Shown: positions 10,576 to 19,352, counted from the stretch's first letter. The stretch: DNA of 64,000 nt from Escherichia coli (GCF_003991155.1 NZ_CP031293.1); one strand, 5' to 3'. Translations and numbers: made by a program. The notes: generated by a model not told the origin, from the letters alone.

Positions 10576-10848
10576 CTACCTGCCTTGACGAAAGACCTTA
10601 AGAACATCGTTAAACTGACTTACGGATATGTCTTCTTTGAGAAGCTTTTCCAGAAATGCGTTTGGAATGAACGTATATCCCTCCTCTTTTGGTAGAGACG
10701 AGAGCAACGCCCTCGCCTCAGCCTTCAGAAGCTCAGTTCTGGCAACTTTCACAAAAGAGATTTGAGTTCTTTCATCAATGGAACGAAGGAAGCGCAAACG
10801 CTTAGCTTCTTTGTGTGTATCAGGTGGATTAAAGCCTTTGTTTCGCAT
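10576..10848 (-). CDS. Hypothetical protein between cII and O (90 aa)
   Basis: MRNKGFNPPDTHKEAKRLRFLRSIDERTQ...; GAGG RBS; stop abuts O start. Confidence 0.5.
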   Translation of the reverse strand: MRNKGFNPPDTHKEAKRLRFLRSIDERTQISFVKVARTELLKAEARALLSSLPKEEGYTFIPNAFLEKLLKEDISVSQFNDVLKVFRQGR

Positions 10849-10870
10849 ATAATTACCTCGCTGGATGTTG

Positions 10871-11164
10871 TTAAAATTCCATTTGTATTTGATCAGAACG
10901 CTCGGTTGCCGCCGGGCGTTTTTTATTGGTGAGAATCGAAGCAACTTGTCGTGCCAATCGAGCCATATCGTCGTCAACGACGCCCCATTCAAGAACAGCA
11001 AGCAGCATTGAGAACTTTGGAATCCAGTCCCTCTTCCACCTGCTGATCTGCGACTTATCAACTCCCACAGCTTCCGCTGTCTTCTCAGTTCCAAGCATTG
11101 CGATTTTGTTAAGCAACGCACTCTCGATTCGTAGAGCCTCGTTGCGTTTGTTTGCACGAACCAT
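10871..11164 (-). CDS. cII: Transcriptional activator CII
   Basis: MVRANKRNEALRIESALLNKIAMLGTEKTAEAVGVDKSQISRWKRDWIPKFSMLLAVLEWGVVDDDMARLARQVA..., near-identical to lambda CII as recalled. Confidence 0.9.
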   Translation of the reverse strand: MVRANKRNEALRIESALLNKIAMLGTEKTAEAVGVDKSQISRWKRDWIPKFSMLLAVLEWGVVDDDMARLARQVASILTNKKRPAATERSDQIQMEF

Positions 11165-11221
11165 ATGTAAGTATTTCCTTAACAAATAAGAAGTTATGCG
11201 CATCAACTTATGCGCGTTGTA

Positions 11222-11266
11222 TTCCCGCATTTCGGCGGGAATGAGGACCATGACTGTTAAAGAGCA
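11222..11266 (-). promoter_or_regulatory. nutR (boxA GCTCTTTAAC + boxB hairpin)
   Basis: On minus strand boxA at 11256-11265 then boxB TCCCGC-CGAAAT-GCGGGA at 11222-11241, between cro and cII. Confidence 0.55.
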
Positions 11267-11272
11267 ATTTGC

Positions 11273-11458
11273 TTATGCCGCTTTGCGGTAAGCGCTTTCT
11301 TGATACTTCAGGGCGCCAGCTGTAACGACTTCCAGTCGATAGGCGTCTTTCTCTGGGATGACTTCCTTCCACTGAGAGACTGCTGCGTCGCTAATGCCTA
11401 ACGCTTTAGCTACAGCACGCTGGGTTCCGAAGTGGTCGATAACATCTTTCTTGTACAT
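11273..11458 (-). CDS. cro: Cro-like repressor
   Basis: 61 aa HTH protein (QRAVAKALGISDAAVSQW) transcribed divergently from cI. Confidence 0.75.
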   Translation of the reverse strand: MYKKDVIDHFGTQRAVAKALGISDAAVSQWKEVIPEKDAYRLEVVTAGALKYQESAYRKAA

Positions 11459-11538
11459 AGACTCGCTCCGAAATTAAAGAACACTTAAATTATCCACTAA
11501 AGGAATCTTAAGTCAAGTTTATTTAAGATGTCTTAACT
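11459..11538. promoter_or_regulatory. OR operator region between cro and cI
   Basis: Inverted repeats with TCTTAA/TTAAGA half-sites (ATCTTAAGTCAAGTTTATTTAAGAT, TTAAGATGTCTTAA). Confidence 0.45.
11488..11516 (-). promoter_or_regulatory. PR promoter
   Basis: Minus strand TTGACT-17 nt-ATAATT upstream of cro. Confidence 0.55.
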
Positions 11539-12189
11539 ATGAAAACTCAATTGATGGGAGAGCGCATTCGCGCTCGGAGAAAAGAACTCAAGATCAGGCA
11601 GGCCGCACTTGGAAAGATGGTCGGCGTGTCTAATGTTGCCATATCTCAGTGGGAACGCTCTGAGACAGAGCCAAATGGAGAGAATCTTCTCGCCCTGGCT
11701 AATGCGTTGAAGTGTTCCCCTGACTATCTGATGAAAGGAGAGGAAAGTCTTTCAAACATTGCCTATCACAGTAGGCATGATCCAAGAGGGTCATACCCTC
11801 TGATTAGCTGGGTGAGCGCAGGATGCTGGATGGAAGCTGTAGAACCATATCATAAGCGTGCAATAGATAACTGGTACGATACAACCGTAGACTGTTCAGA
11901 AGATTCGTTTTGGTTGGATGTGAAGGGAGACTCAATGACGGCTCCGGCCGGTCTCAGTATCCCTGAAGGAATGATAATACTCGTCGATCCTGAAGTAGAG
12001 CCGCGTAACGGGAAACTGGTAGTTGCAAAGCTCGAAGGAGAAAACGAGGCAACTTTCAAGAAGTTAGTTATTGATGCAGGCAGGAAGTTTCTAAAACCAC
12101 TTAACCCACAATATCCGATGATCGAGATCAACGGAAACTGCAAAATCATCGGCGTAGTTGTCGATGCAAAACTAGCAAACCTTCCATAA
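11539..12189 (+). CDS. cI: CI repressor (HTH + S24 LexA-like peptidase domain)
   Basis: N-terminal HTH (VGVSNVAISQWERSE), C-terminal S24 motifs (GDSM, K in VVAKLEGE). Confidence 0.9.
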   Translation: MKTQLMGERIRARRKELKIRQAALGKMVGVSNVAISQWERSETEPNGENLLALANALKCSPDYLMKGEESLSNIAYHSRHDPRGSYPLISWVSAGCWMEAVEPYHKRAIDNWYDTTVDCSEDSFWLDVKGDSMTAPAGLSIPEGMIILVDPEVEPRNGKLVVAKLEGENEATFKKLVIDAGRKFLKPLNPQYPMIEINGNCKIIGVVVDAKLANLP

Positions 12190-12190
12190 G

Positions 12191-12212
12191 GGGGCATTCG
12201 CCCCTTTTTTTT
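12191..12212 (+). terminator. Intrinsic terminator after cI
   Basis: GGGGC-ATTC-GCCCC followed by TTTTTTTTATTT. Confidence 0.7.
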
Positions 12213-12280
12213 ATTTCCTTTAAAAATCAAAGCCAAACTTAAGTTACGAAAGAAAATTTAAGTTTTCTTCAAAAATACTC

Positions 12281-12309
12281 TTGACCATTAATTAAAGAGA
12301 TCTTAAATT
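12281..12309 (+). promoter_or_regulatory. PL promoter with flanking OL operator half-sites
   Basis: TTGACC-17 nt-TAAATT; flanking palindromes CTTAAATTTAAG and TTAAGT repeats. Confidence 0.5.
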
Positions 12310-12355
12310 TAAGCCATCAGCAGGACGCTGGAAGCCAAACGGAACAGATTGGCAG

Positions 12356-12396
12356 GCTCTTTAACATTGATGGGATTGTCCCGCCGAAATGCGGGA
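12356..12396 (+). promoter_or_regulatory. nutL (boxA GCTCTTTAAC + boxB hairpin)
   Basis: boxA 12356-12365; boxB TCCCGCCGAAATGCGGGA 12379-12396, identical to nutR boxB. Confidence 0.55.
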
Positions 12397-12795
12397 ACCA
12401 AAGAGTAGTTGGCTTTGGGATTGGATGAATGAGCAGGCTGATGCTCGACCAATGTATAAACAGCGCTCATGGCAAGCAGTAACCAATCTGCGCCTCAAGA
12501 CAGCGTCACTGGTAGTGCGGGCGCTCTAACCAGTAAGCCGGAGTTCAGCACCGGCCATCCAATCGCCAAAGTCAATTCCATAGGCGTTATGCAGCCGCCA
12601 CCTATTCAAGAAAGCTGCACAAGAGGTAGGAGGATTTATGTGAATACTTACATTCAATTGAGAGATTAATTAAATAGAACTGATCGAGCAGAGTCCATAA
12701 AGGCTCATAAATGCTCTTCCATCCCCGTCTAATTGGCGGGGAAGGAAACCACTTTGTAATAAAAAAATTCCAAAGTTGTTTCATCGGAGGTCAAC

Positions 12796-13095
12796 ATGAC
12801 AGTAGTCATTACATATCTAGCTGACGATAACGCCAGAAATCGCCGCAGAGCACGCAGGCAGGCTCAACGTGAACAGGCAATGCAAGAACAGCGACTGGCG
12901 CGAAAGATTGCGCTAAAGCTCTCTGGTTGCGTCAGAGCAGACAAAGCAGCATCACTCGGAAGCCTTCGCTGCAAGAAGGCAGAAGAAGTCGAGAGTAAAC
13001 AGAACCGTATTTACTACCGCAAGCCACGCAGTGAAATGGGTGTGACTTGTGTTGGTCGCCAGAAAATGAAATTAGGCAGCAAACCACTTATTTGA
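12796..13095 (+). CDS. N: Antitermination protein N
   Basis: Arg-rich motif NARNRRRARRQAQ; C-terminus RIYYRKPRSEMGVTCVGRQKMKLGSKPLI resembles lambda N. Confidence 0.8.
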   Translation: MTVVITYLADDNARNRRRARRQAQREQAMQEQRLARKIALKLSGCVRADKAASLGSLRCKKAEEVESKQNRIYYRKPRSEMGVTCVGRQKMKLGSKPLI

Positions 13096-13106
13096 GAGGA
13101 ATTAAT

Positions 13107-13730
13107 ATGTCATCAATCCGCTTAACTACGAGAATGAAAGAGAAAATCGCTCGTAACGCTTTAATTAAGTCTGGGGTTTTCACTGAACTTGAAGAAGTAA
13201 CAAAGTTAAAGAACCAGCTTGCACTTGACGCCAGAGTTATTGCGTTTGGCGGTAAAAAGAAAACTGAGGAAGTGGATCAGTTATCATCCAGGTTAGTAGC
13301 TATAAGTGAAGAACTTGAAAAGATGGGATGTTCATTTTACTCATACGATGTTCGTTCTACTTCAATTTATCTGACTGTATCTGGCAGAAGGGTTGGATGG
13401 CATTCATATGGGAAAGACGGCAACGGCGAAGATATATTGCTCCCTACTCCAACCAAAGATAAATGCATGTTTGATGCAGAACACGAAATAACAAAAAGGT
13501 TTGATGAAATCTGCGCATTGCAACAAAAACTTGAAGCCAAGAAAAAGGATATCGAATCAAATGTATGGGCTGCTTTGAACTCAGTCACAACAGTTAAGCG
13601 ACTTATTGAAGTTTGGCCTGAAAGCAAAGAATTGCTACCAAAAGAAGCAGACAAAGCAAGTACAGCACTTCCTGCTTTACGGGTAGAAGATTTGAATAAG
13701 ATGATTGGACTTCCTTCCGAGTCCGCATAG
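13107..13730 (+). CDS. Hypothetical phage protein (207 aa) in the ral/sieB-equivalent position
   Basis: ORF with GAGGA RBS directly after N; no family recognised. Confidence 0.5.
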   Translation: MSSIRLTTRMKEKIARNALIKSGVFTELEEVTKLKNQLALDARVIAFGGKKKTEEVDQLSSRLVAISEELEKMGCSFYSYDVRSTSIYLTVSGRRVGWHSYGKDGNGEDILLPTPTKDKCMFDAEHEITKRFDEICALQQKLEAKKKDIESNVWAALNSVTTVKRLIEVWPESKELLPKEADKASTALPALRVEDLNKMIGLPSESA

Positions 13731-13864
13731 TCGGCCTTTATTTTTGGCACTAACAACAGAATAAACACTGCACTGTGTATTCATTCCAACGAGTGAATAC
13801 ACGGAGCAATGTCGCTCTTAACTAAACAGGAGCCGACTTGTTCTGATTATTGGAAATCTTCTTT

Positions 13865-13891
13865 GCCCTCCAGTGTGAGGGCGATTTTTTT
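13865..13891 (+). terminator. tL-like intrinsic terminator
   Basis: GCCCTC-CAGTGT-GAGGGC followed by GATTTTTTT, 12 nt upstream of next start codon. Confidence 0.5.
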
Positions 13892-13903
13892 GATGGAGGA
13901 TAT

Positions 13904-14872
13904 ATGAGTGAAGTAACAGATTTAGTTGTTATTGAAAAAGCAAATGCAATGACTGTATTTCAGTCTGCCGACCAGATTGAAGAAATCCTTCAAAGGGTTG
14001 AACGTGAAGTTATGTCCTTTGTGCCTGATATCACAACGGCAAAGGGCAGAAAGGAGATCGCTTCTCTGGCGTATAAAGTTGCGCAGACGAAAACATATCT
14101 CGATGGTCTTGGCAAAGACCTTGTTGCTGAACTGAAGGAAATTCCAAAGCTAATTGATGCCAACCGCAAGACAGTGCGCGATCGCCTTGATGAGCTGAAA
14201 GCCAAGGCACGCCAGCCTCTTACTGATTATGAGGAAGAACAGGCGCGGATTAAAGCCGAAGAAGAAGCTAAGGCAGCAGCTGAAGCTCTCGCAAAGCAAA
14301 TTGAGTCTGACCATGAAATAGCTATTTTGATGGATCGCGAATTTGACCGCCAAAGAGAAGAGGCAAGACTCAAAGCGGAGCAGGAAAAGCGAGAGCATGA
14401 AGAACGCTTAAAAAGAGAAGCTGAAGAGAAAGCCAGAGCAGAAGCCGAAGCAAAGGCAAAAGCCGAAATTGAAGCAGCAGCAAGGCGAGAAGCAGAAGCT
14501 AAGGCCGCAGCGGAACGTGCAGAGCGTGAACGCATTGAAGCCGAGCAACGAGCACAGCGCGAAGCAAAAGAGGCAGCAGAACGAGCTGAAAGAGAAAAGC
14601 AGGCGGCAATTGAAGCAGAACGCCGAAAAGCACAGGAGGAGGCTGAACGAATCCGGCGCGAGGCTGAAGCAAAAGAGCAAGCCAGAATAGCAGAAGAAAA
14701 AAGAATCAAGGACGAAGAAGAGCGTAGAGCAAAGGATAAAGCTCACCGGAAAGAAGTAAATAACAAAATACTTGCTGACCTTATCAAGGTTGGCGCATCA
14801 GAAGATGTTGCTAAAAATATCATAACAGCCATCGTAAAAGGCGAAGTATTCGCAACAAAAATAACCTACTAA
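13904..14872 (+). CDS. Hypothetical protein with long charged E/R/K/A-rich single alpha-helix segment
   Basis: N-terminal about 110 aa domain, about 170 aa low-complexity AEAK/ERAE repeats, short C-terminal domain; GGAGG RBS. Confidence 0.5.
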   Translation: MSEVTDLVVIEKANAMTVFQSADQIEEILQRVEREVMSFVPDITTAKGRKEIASLAYKVAQTKTYLDGLGKDLVAELKEIPKLIDANRKTVRDRLDELKAKARQPLTDYEEEQARIKAEEEAKAAAEALAKQIESDHEIAILMDREFDRQREEARLKAEQEKREHEERLKREAEEKARAEAEAKAKAEIEAAARREAEAKAAAERAERERIEAEQRAQREAKEAAERAEREKQAAIEAERRKAQEEAERIRREAEAKEQARIAEEKRIKDEEERRAKDKAHRKEVNNKILADLIKVGASEDVAKNIITAIVKGEVFATKITY

Positions 14873-14895
14873 TAAACCAACATAAGGAACCACCC

Positions 14896-15027
14896 ATGAT
14901 TTACGCAATCGCGGGAGGCGCTCGCATGGGTGCCTTCCAACTAAATGAATCTTTACTTGAACGAATCACCCGTAAATTACGTGACGGATGGAAAAGAGTT
15001 GAGGTCTTATTATGCGCAATGAAATAG
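14896..15027 (+). CDS. cIII: CIII (FtsH inhibitor)
   Basis: 43 aa MIYAIAGG...ESLLERITRKLRDGWKR, lambda CIII core motif; below ORF-track cutoff. Confidence 0.65.
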   Translation: MIYAIAGGARMGAFQLNESLLERITRKLRDGWKRVEVLLCAMK

Positions 15028-15164
15028 CCATCAATCACCAGATGCTTCGTGCTGCACAGAACAAAGCAGTAATAGCCAGATTTATTGGTGATTCAAAAAT
15101 GTGGCTTGAAGCAAATAAAGCAATGAAATCAGCTATCAACCTTCCGTGGTATCGCAGGAAATGA
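15012..15164 (+). CDS. kil: Kil-like protein
   Basis: 50 aa MRNEIAINHQMLRAAQNKAVIARFIGDSKMWLEANKAMK; FIGD motif resembles lambda Kil as recalled; overlaps cIII 3' end. Confidence 0.5.
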   Translation: MRNEIAINHQMLRAAQNKAVIARFIGDSKMWLEANKAMKSAINLPWYRRK

Positions 15165-15418
15165 GTTTTACAGATAACTGGTCAGACGAAGAATTCATTC
15201 GTCAGATGAAAGAATTAGTCGGTAACGAAGGAGATATGCATGTCACTTGCAACCACAGTGAAGGAGAGCAAGTTACAGAGACGCATGTACACGCAGCAGG
15301 CGTTAATGTATCGCCAGAAGGGAGATCGTGAAGGTGTTCGCGTATTTTTAAATGCGGCAAAGACTGAAGTATTAAATCAGCGTTATTTCCTTGGGCCGTG
15401 TCCATTCTGAGGTGAATT

Positions 15419-16126
15419 ATGGATTTGAACAAATTCGATGAACCATTCAGCCCTGAAGATATCGAATGGCGAATACAGCAAAGCGGTAAAACACGCGATG
15501 GCAAGGTGTGGGCTATGGTGCTGGCTTATGTCACGAACCGGGCAATCATGAAACGCCTGGACGATGTTTGCGGCAAAGCAGGATGGCGCAATGAATACCG
15601 CGATATTCCCAACAACGGCGGAGTTGAATGCGGCATATCAATCAAGATTGATTCCGAATGGGTAACCAAATGGGATGCTGCTGAAAACACGCAGGTAGAA
15701 GCCGTCAAAGGTGGTCGTTCCGGTGCAATGAAGCGTGCTGCCGTTCAATGGGGAATCGGTCGGTATCTGTATAACCTTGAGGAAGGTTTCGCACAAACAT
15801 CTCTCGATAAAAAGCAGGGATGGCACAGGGCAAAACTGAAGGATGGAACAGGATTTTACTGGCTCCCTCCATCGCTGCCGGGATGGGCAATCCCAGCATC
15901 AGATAACAAACCATCACCAGAAAATACCAACCAGAAATCTCCATCGGTTGACTGCGAACAAATCCTGAAAGACTTCAGCGATTATGCATCAACAGAAACT
16001 GACAAGAAAAAACTCATCGAGCGTTATCAGCGTGACTGGCAATTAATGGCTGGCAACGAGGAGGCGCAGGCTAAATGCGTTCAGGTAATGAACATCAGAG
16101 TTAACGAACTAAAACAGGCGGCATAA
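15419..16126 (+). CDS. Putative single-strand annealing protein (Rad52/Sak-like)
   Basis: 235 aa immediately upstream of ssb in the recombination module; family assignment from memory. Confidence 0.45.
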   Translation: MDLNKFDEPFSPEDIEWRIQQSGKTRDGKVWAMVLAYVTNRAIMKRLDDVCGKAGWRNEYRDIPNNGGVECGISIKIDSEWVTKWDAAENTQVEAVKGGRSGAMKRAAVQWGIGRYLYNLEEGFAQTSLDKKQGWHRAKLKDGTGFYWLPPSLPGWAIPASDNKPSPENTNQKSPSVDCEQILKDFSDYASTETDKKKLIERYQRDWQLMAGNEEAQAKCVQVMNIRVNELKQAA

Positions 16127-16633
16127 ATGGCAAGCAGAGGCGTAAATAAGGTGATTATCCTTGGTCGGGTAGGACAAGACCCGGAAGTTCGATACTCACC
16201 ATCAGGAACAGCGTTCGCTAACCTGACAATAGCCACGTCAGAACAATGGCGAGATAAAAATACTGGCGAGCAAAAGGAATTAACTGAATGGCATCGTGTT
16301 GCTGTATCCGGGAAACTGGCTGAGGTCGTGGGGCAGTATGTGAAAAAAGGTGATCAGATTTATTTCGAGGGAATGCTGAGAACCAGAAAGTGGAAAGACC
16401 AGTCAGGGCAAGACCGTTACACAACCGAGGTTCATGTCGGAATTAATGGCGTGATGCAAATGCTTGGCGGCATTGGCGACAGCAAACAACAAGCAGCCAG
16501 CAGGCAATCACAGAAGCCACAGCAGCAATCATCACCAGCACAACACAACGAACCTCCGATGGATTTTGACGACGATATACCCTTTGCACCAGTAACTCTC
16601 CCCTTCCCTCGTCACGCTATTCACGCAATTTAA
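16127..16633 (+). CDS. ssb: Single-stranded DNA-binding protein
   Basis: OB-fold N-terminus [34 protein letters not shown]..., Gly/Gln-rich linker, DFDDDIPF acidic tip followed by extra 15 aa. Confidence 0.9.
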   Translation: MASRGVNKVIILGRVGQDPEVRYSPSGTAFANLTIATSEQWRDKNTGEQKELTEWHRVAVSGKLAEVVGQYVKKGDQIYFEGMLRTRKWKDQSGQDRYTTEVHVGINGVMQMLGGIGDSKQQAASRQSQKPQQQSSPAQHNEPPMDFDDDIPFAPVTLPFPRHAIHAI

Positions 16634-16646
16634 TCAGGAGAAAATC

Positions 16647-16940
16647 ATGCCAGCGCCTCTGTATGGTGCGGATGACCCGCGCCGCTGTTCCGGCAATTCC
16701 GTATCGGAGGTGCTGGATAAATTCAGGAAAAACTACGACCTGATAATGTCGCTACCGCAGGAAACGAAAGAGGAAAAGGAATTTCGCCATTGTATATGGC
16801 TTGCAGAGAAAGAAGAACGCGAGCGAATTTACCAGACATCAATCCGACCATTCCGCAAAGCCACATATACCCACTTCCCTGAAATTGACCCGCGCCTGCG
16901 TAATTACCGCTCACGCTATGGCGCTATCAGTAATGACTGA
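16647..16940 (+). CDS. Hypothetical phage protein (97 aa)
   Basis: ORF with AGGAG RBS. Confidence 0.45.
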   Translation: MPAPLYGADDPRRCSGNSVSEVLDKFRKNYDLIMSLPQETKEEKEFRHCIWLAEKEERERIYQTSIRPFRKATYTHFPEIDPRLRNYRSRYGAISND

Positions 16941-17114
16941 GGAATTTACCATGAGAGGACTTGCATACAATCCCGGCATTCTTCCGGCAGAAATGATTAT
17001 TCGCCAACGTGTAAAGCCAATGCCATCGAGAGAGGAATTGCTTAAGAGAAATTCTTTTCCATCAGTAAATCAAAACAAATATCTGAATGCGATGTGGCGT
17101 AAAGGAGGTAAGCA

Positions 17115-17741
17115 GTGAGCAAGATTGATTATCAAAAGCTTCGTGAAATCGCTGAAAAAACAAAAATTGCTGGTGAAACACCCGTAATGCCTTTCGATCA
17201 GCGAATTAATGCGCTTAACGATTTTATGAAGCACTTTTCGCCAGATATCGCGCTGGCATTGTTGGATGAACGGGAAAGAAACCTGCAATACATCAAACGC
17301 CGCGACCAGGAGAACGAGGAAATTGCGCTAACGGTAGGGAAGCTGAGAGTTGAGCTGGAAGGCAAAGACAGCAAAATAGCCAATCTTACCGCCGAACGCG
17401 ATGCTCTTCGTGAAGGTGAGATGGGCGACGCTAGGCATAGCAACACACGGGCCGCAGCTGATATCTACTTCCAACTGGTCGAGGAGTGCGAAATTCCTGC
17501 TGGCGGATCTCTGGTCGAGTACGTTGACGATATGCGCGAGAAGCTGGAAGCCGCAGAGAAGCGCATTGCTGAGCTGGAGTTGCTGGAGGTTGTGCTTCCG
17601 CAATGCTATAGCATGTTGCATCGCGTCGATTTTGACGAGCCTTACCACACTGAAATGGTTTACAGGCAGCATCAGGTTCTTGAGGCACTGCACAACGCTG
17701 GAATAAACGTCACCGAAGCAGGTAAAGGAGAGGCATCATGA
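17115..17741 (+). CDS. Hypothetical phage protein, possibly Ea22-like
   Basis: 208 aa coiled-coil-rich protein in the lambda ea22 map position. Confidence 0.4.
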   Translation: MSKIDYQKLREIAEKTKIAGETPVMPFDQRINALNDFMKHFSPDIALALLDERERNLQYIKRRDQENEEIALTVGKLRVELEGKDSKIANLTAERDALREGEMGDARHSNTRAAADIYFQLVEECEIPAGGSLVEYVDDMREKLEAAEKRIAELELLEVVLPQCYSMLHRVDFDEPYHTEMVYRQHQVLEALHNAGINVTEAGKGEAS

Positions 17742-18241
17742 GCACTATCACAAGAGAATGGCTGCAGCAGGCTATCAACGATTATGAAAGCGTTCGTGAT
17801 GAGCTTCCTTTCGGGCTTGATGATTACCAGGGGAATATCCTGGCTGCCCTGCGTATCGCACTGGCATCGCTGGAAGCAGAGCCGGTGGCGTGGAAGGTAA
17901 CATTCACGCAAATTGACCGTGAATATAACACGTTCACTGGTATGTATTCTGACAAAGCAGAAGTCGAACGGTGGGTGCGGCTGCATAAAGCATGTAATTT
18001 TCGGGCAGATATAACACCGCTTTATACCGCCAAGCCAGTGCCGGTAACTCCGGATGGTTGGATAAGCTGTAGTGAGCGAATGCCGAACGACGCGCAGTGG
18101 TGCGTAGTGAACACAGAATACGGGTATTACGTGCAATGCTGGTCTGAAGGTCAAGGGTGGCTTGGTGATGATATCAGCATCCCTGAATGCGATGTAATCA
18201 ATTGGATGCCGCTACCAGAACCACCGCAGGAGATGAAGTAA
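17738..18241 (+). CDS. Hypothetical protein, DUF551-like C-terminus
   Basis: C-terminal WISCSERMP...WMPLPEPP resembles DUF551 as recalled. Confidence 0.45.
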   Translation: MSTITREWLQQAINDYESVRDELPFGLDDYQGNILAALRIALASLEAEPVAWKVTFTQIDREYNTFTGMYSDKAEVERWVRLHKACNFRADITPLYTAKPVPVTPDGWISCSERMPNDAQWCVVNTEYGYYVQCWSEGQGWLGDDISIPECDVINWMPLPEPPQEMK

Positions 18242-18525
18242 TGGACTCCTTCGCGAAATATACGATTATTGACTGGATTGCCTTCCTTCAGGTTTTGCTC
18301 ATCTGGTTTTATATGGCTTACAGGAGTGGACAGTGGATTGTCAGTGTAGCCTGTAGCAGGGGATGGCGTTGGTGGAACCGAAAGAATAAAAAAGCACTGG
18401 CCTTGGATTCGTTTTACGAAGCATTCAATCTTAACAGCCTTCAGCCTGGTTCTGTCATTGTAGTCACCACTCAAAGCGGCATGACGATACAAATTCACAA
18501 GCCAAAGGAGGAAGGTCGTGGCTAA
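18241..18525 (+). CDS. Hypothetical membrane protein
   Basis: Hydrophobic segment IIDWIAFLQVLLIWFYMAY; start chosen at MDSFAKY. Confidence 0.35.
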   Translation: MDSFAKYTIIDWIAFLQVLLIWFYMAYRSGQWIVSVACSRGWRWWNRKNKKALALDSFYEAFNLNSLQPGSVIVVTTQSGMTIQIHKPKEEGRG

Positions 18526-18799
18526 CCTGCAACTTGCCGTCAAAGGTGAATACTTCGACGCCATGATTCGCGGGGAGAAAACGGAAGAGTATCGCCTGTG
18601 CAATGACTACTGGAATAAACGCCTCGTTAATCGTAAGTATGACCGCCTGATTATCACAAAGGGATATCCGAAGCGCGACGATTCCAGCCGCAGAATTGAC
18701 GTCCCGTATGACGGATATGAAATCAAGACAATCACACATCCGCACTTCGGCGATAAACCGGTAACGGTATTCGCGATAAAGGTGAATATCAATTGCTAA
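18518..18799 (+). CDS. Hypothetical protein (ASCH-like?)
   Basis: 93 aa ORF, AGGAGG RBS. Confidence 0.4.
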   Translation: MANLQLAVKGEYFDAMIRGEKTEEYRLCNDYWNKRLVNRKYDRLIITKGYPKRDDSSRRIDVPYDGYEIKTITHPHFGDKPVTVFAIKVNINC

Positions 18800-18912
18800 A
18801 TTAGTAGCATAGCATAAAGATGCTTGCATTAATGAAGTGTGTATAATAATGCCTCATCAATAGTAAACTACTGAAATAGCAAAAAAAATGCATATTAAAG
18901 AGGATTCGAAAA

Positions 18913-19104
18913 TTGAAAATGTTCATGCAAATAGACAGACGCATAGATATTAATGGCAATTCATACTTAGTTAGATGCGAAGAGAGGCCTAACGGTGAGT
19001 GGCGTGTATATGATATTGACCGTAAGATCAATATCAGCACCATGAACAAAGACACTGCCTTTGATGAATGGAAAGCTGAAGCTAAAAAACAACATAATTC
19101 GTAA
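18913..19104 (+). CDS. Hypothetical protein in AT-rich moron-like segment
   Basis: ORF preceded by AT-rich promoter-like sequence and GAGG RBS. Confidence 0.35.
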   Translation: MKMFMQIDRRIDINGNSYLVRCEERPNGEWRVYDIDRKINISTMNKDTAFDEWKAEAKKQHNS

Positions 19105-19184
19105 AATTACAAAAACCCTAACCAATTGATGGATTTCTTTTATCTGAACTCGCTACGGCGAGTTTTGTTTTATGGAGATGATAA

Positions 19185-19352
19185 ATGCACTTCCGAGTCA
19201 CAGGAGAATGGAATGGAGAGCCATTCAACAGAGTTATCGAAGCGGAGAACATCAACGACTGCTACGACCACTGGATGATATGGGCGCAGATAGCACATGC
19301 AGACGTAACCAATATTCGAATTGAAGAACTGAAAGAACACCAAGCCGCCTGA
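19185..19352 (+). CDS. Hypothetical small protein (55 aa)
   Basis: MHFRVTGEWNGEPFNRVIEAENINDCYDHW...; stop lies inside terminator hairpin. Confidence 0.3.
   Translation: MHFRVTGEWNGEPFNRVIEAENINDCYDHWMIWAQIAHADVTNIRIEELKEHQAA

Noticed and set aside
14227-14746. Ser/Ala/Cys/Phe-rich minus-strand ORFs
   Set aside because: Antisense artefacts of the low-complexity GAA/GCA repeat region of the coiled-coil gene on the plus strand.
17198-18154. Several minus-strand ORFs of 82-160 aa
   Set aside because: They overlap well-supported plus-strand phage genes of the early-left operon and lack start context.
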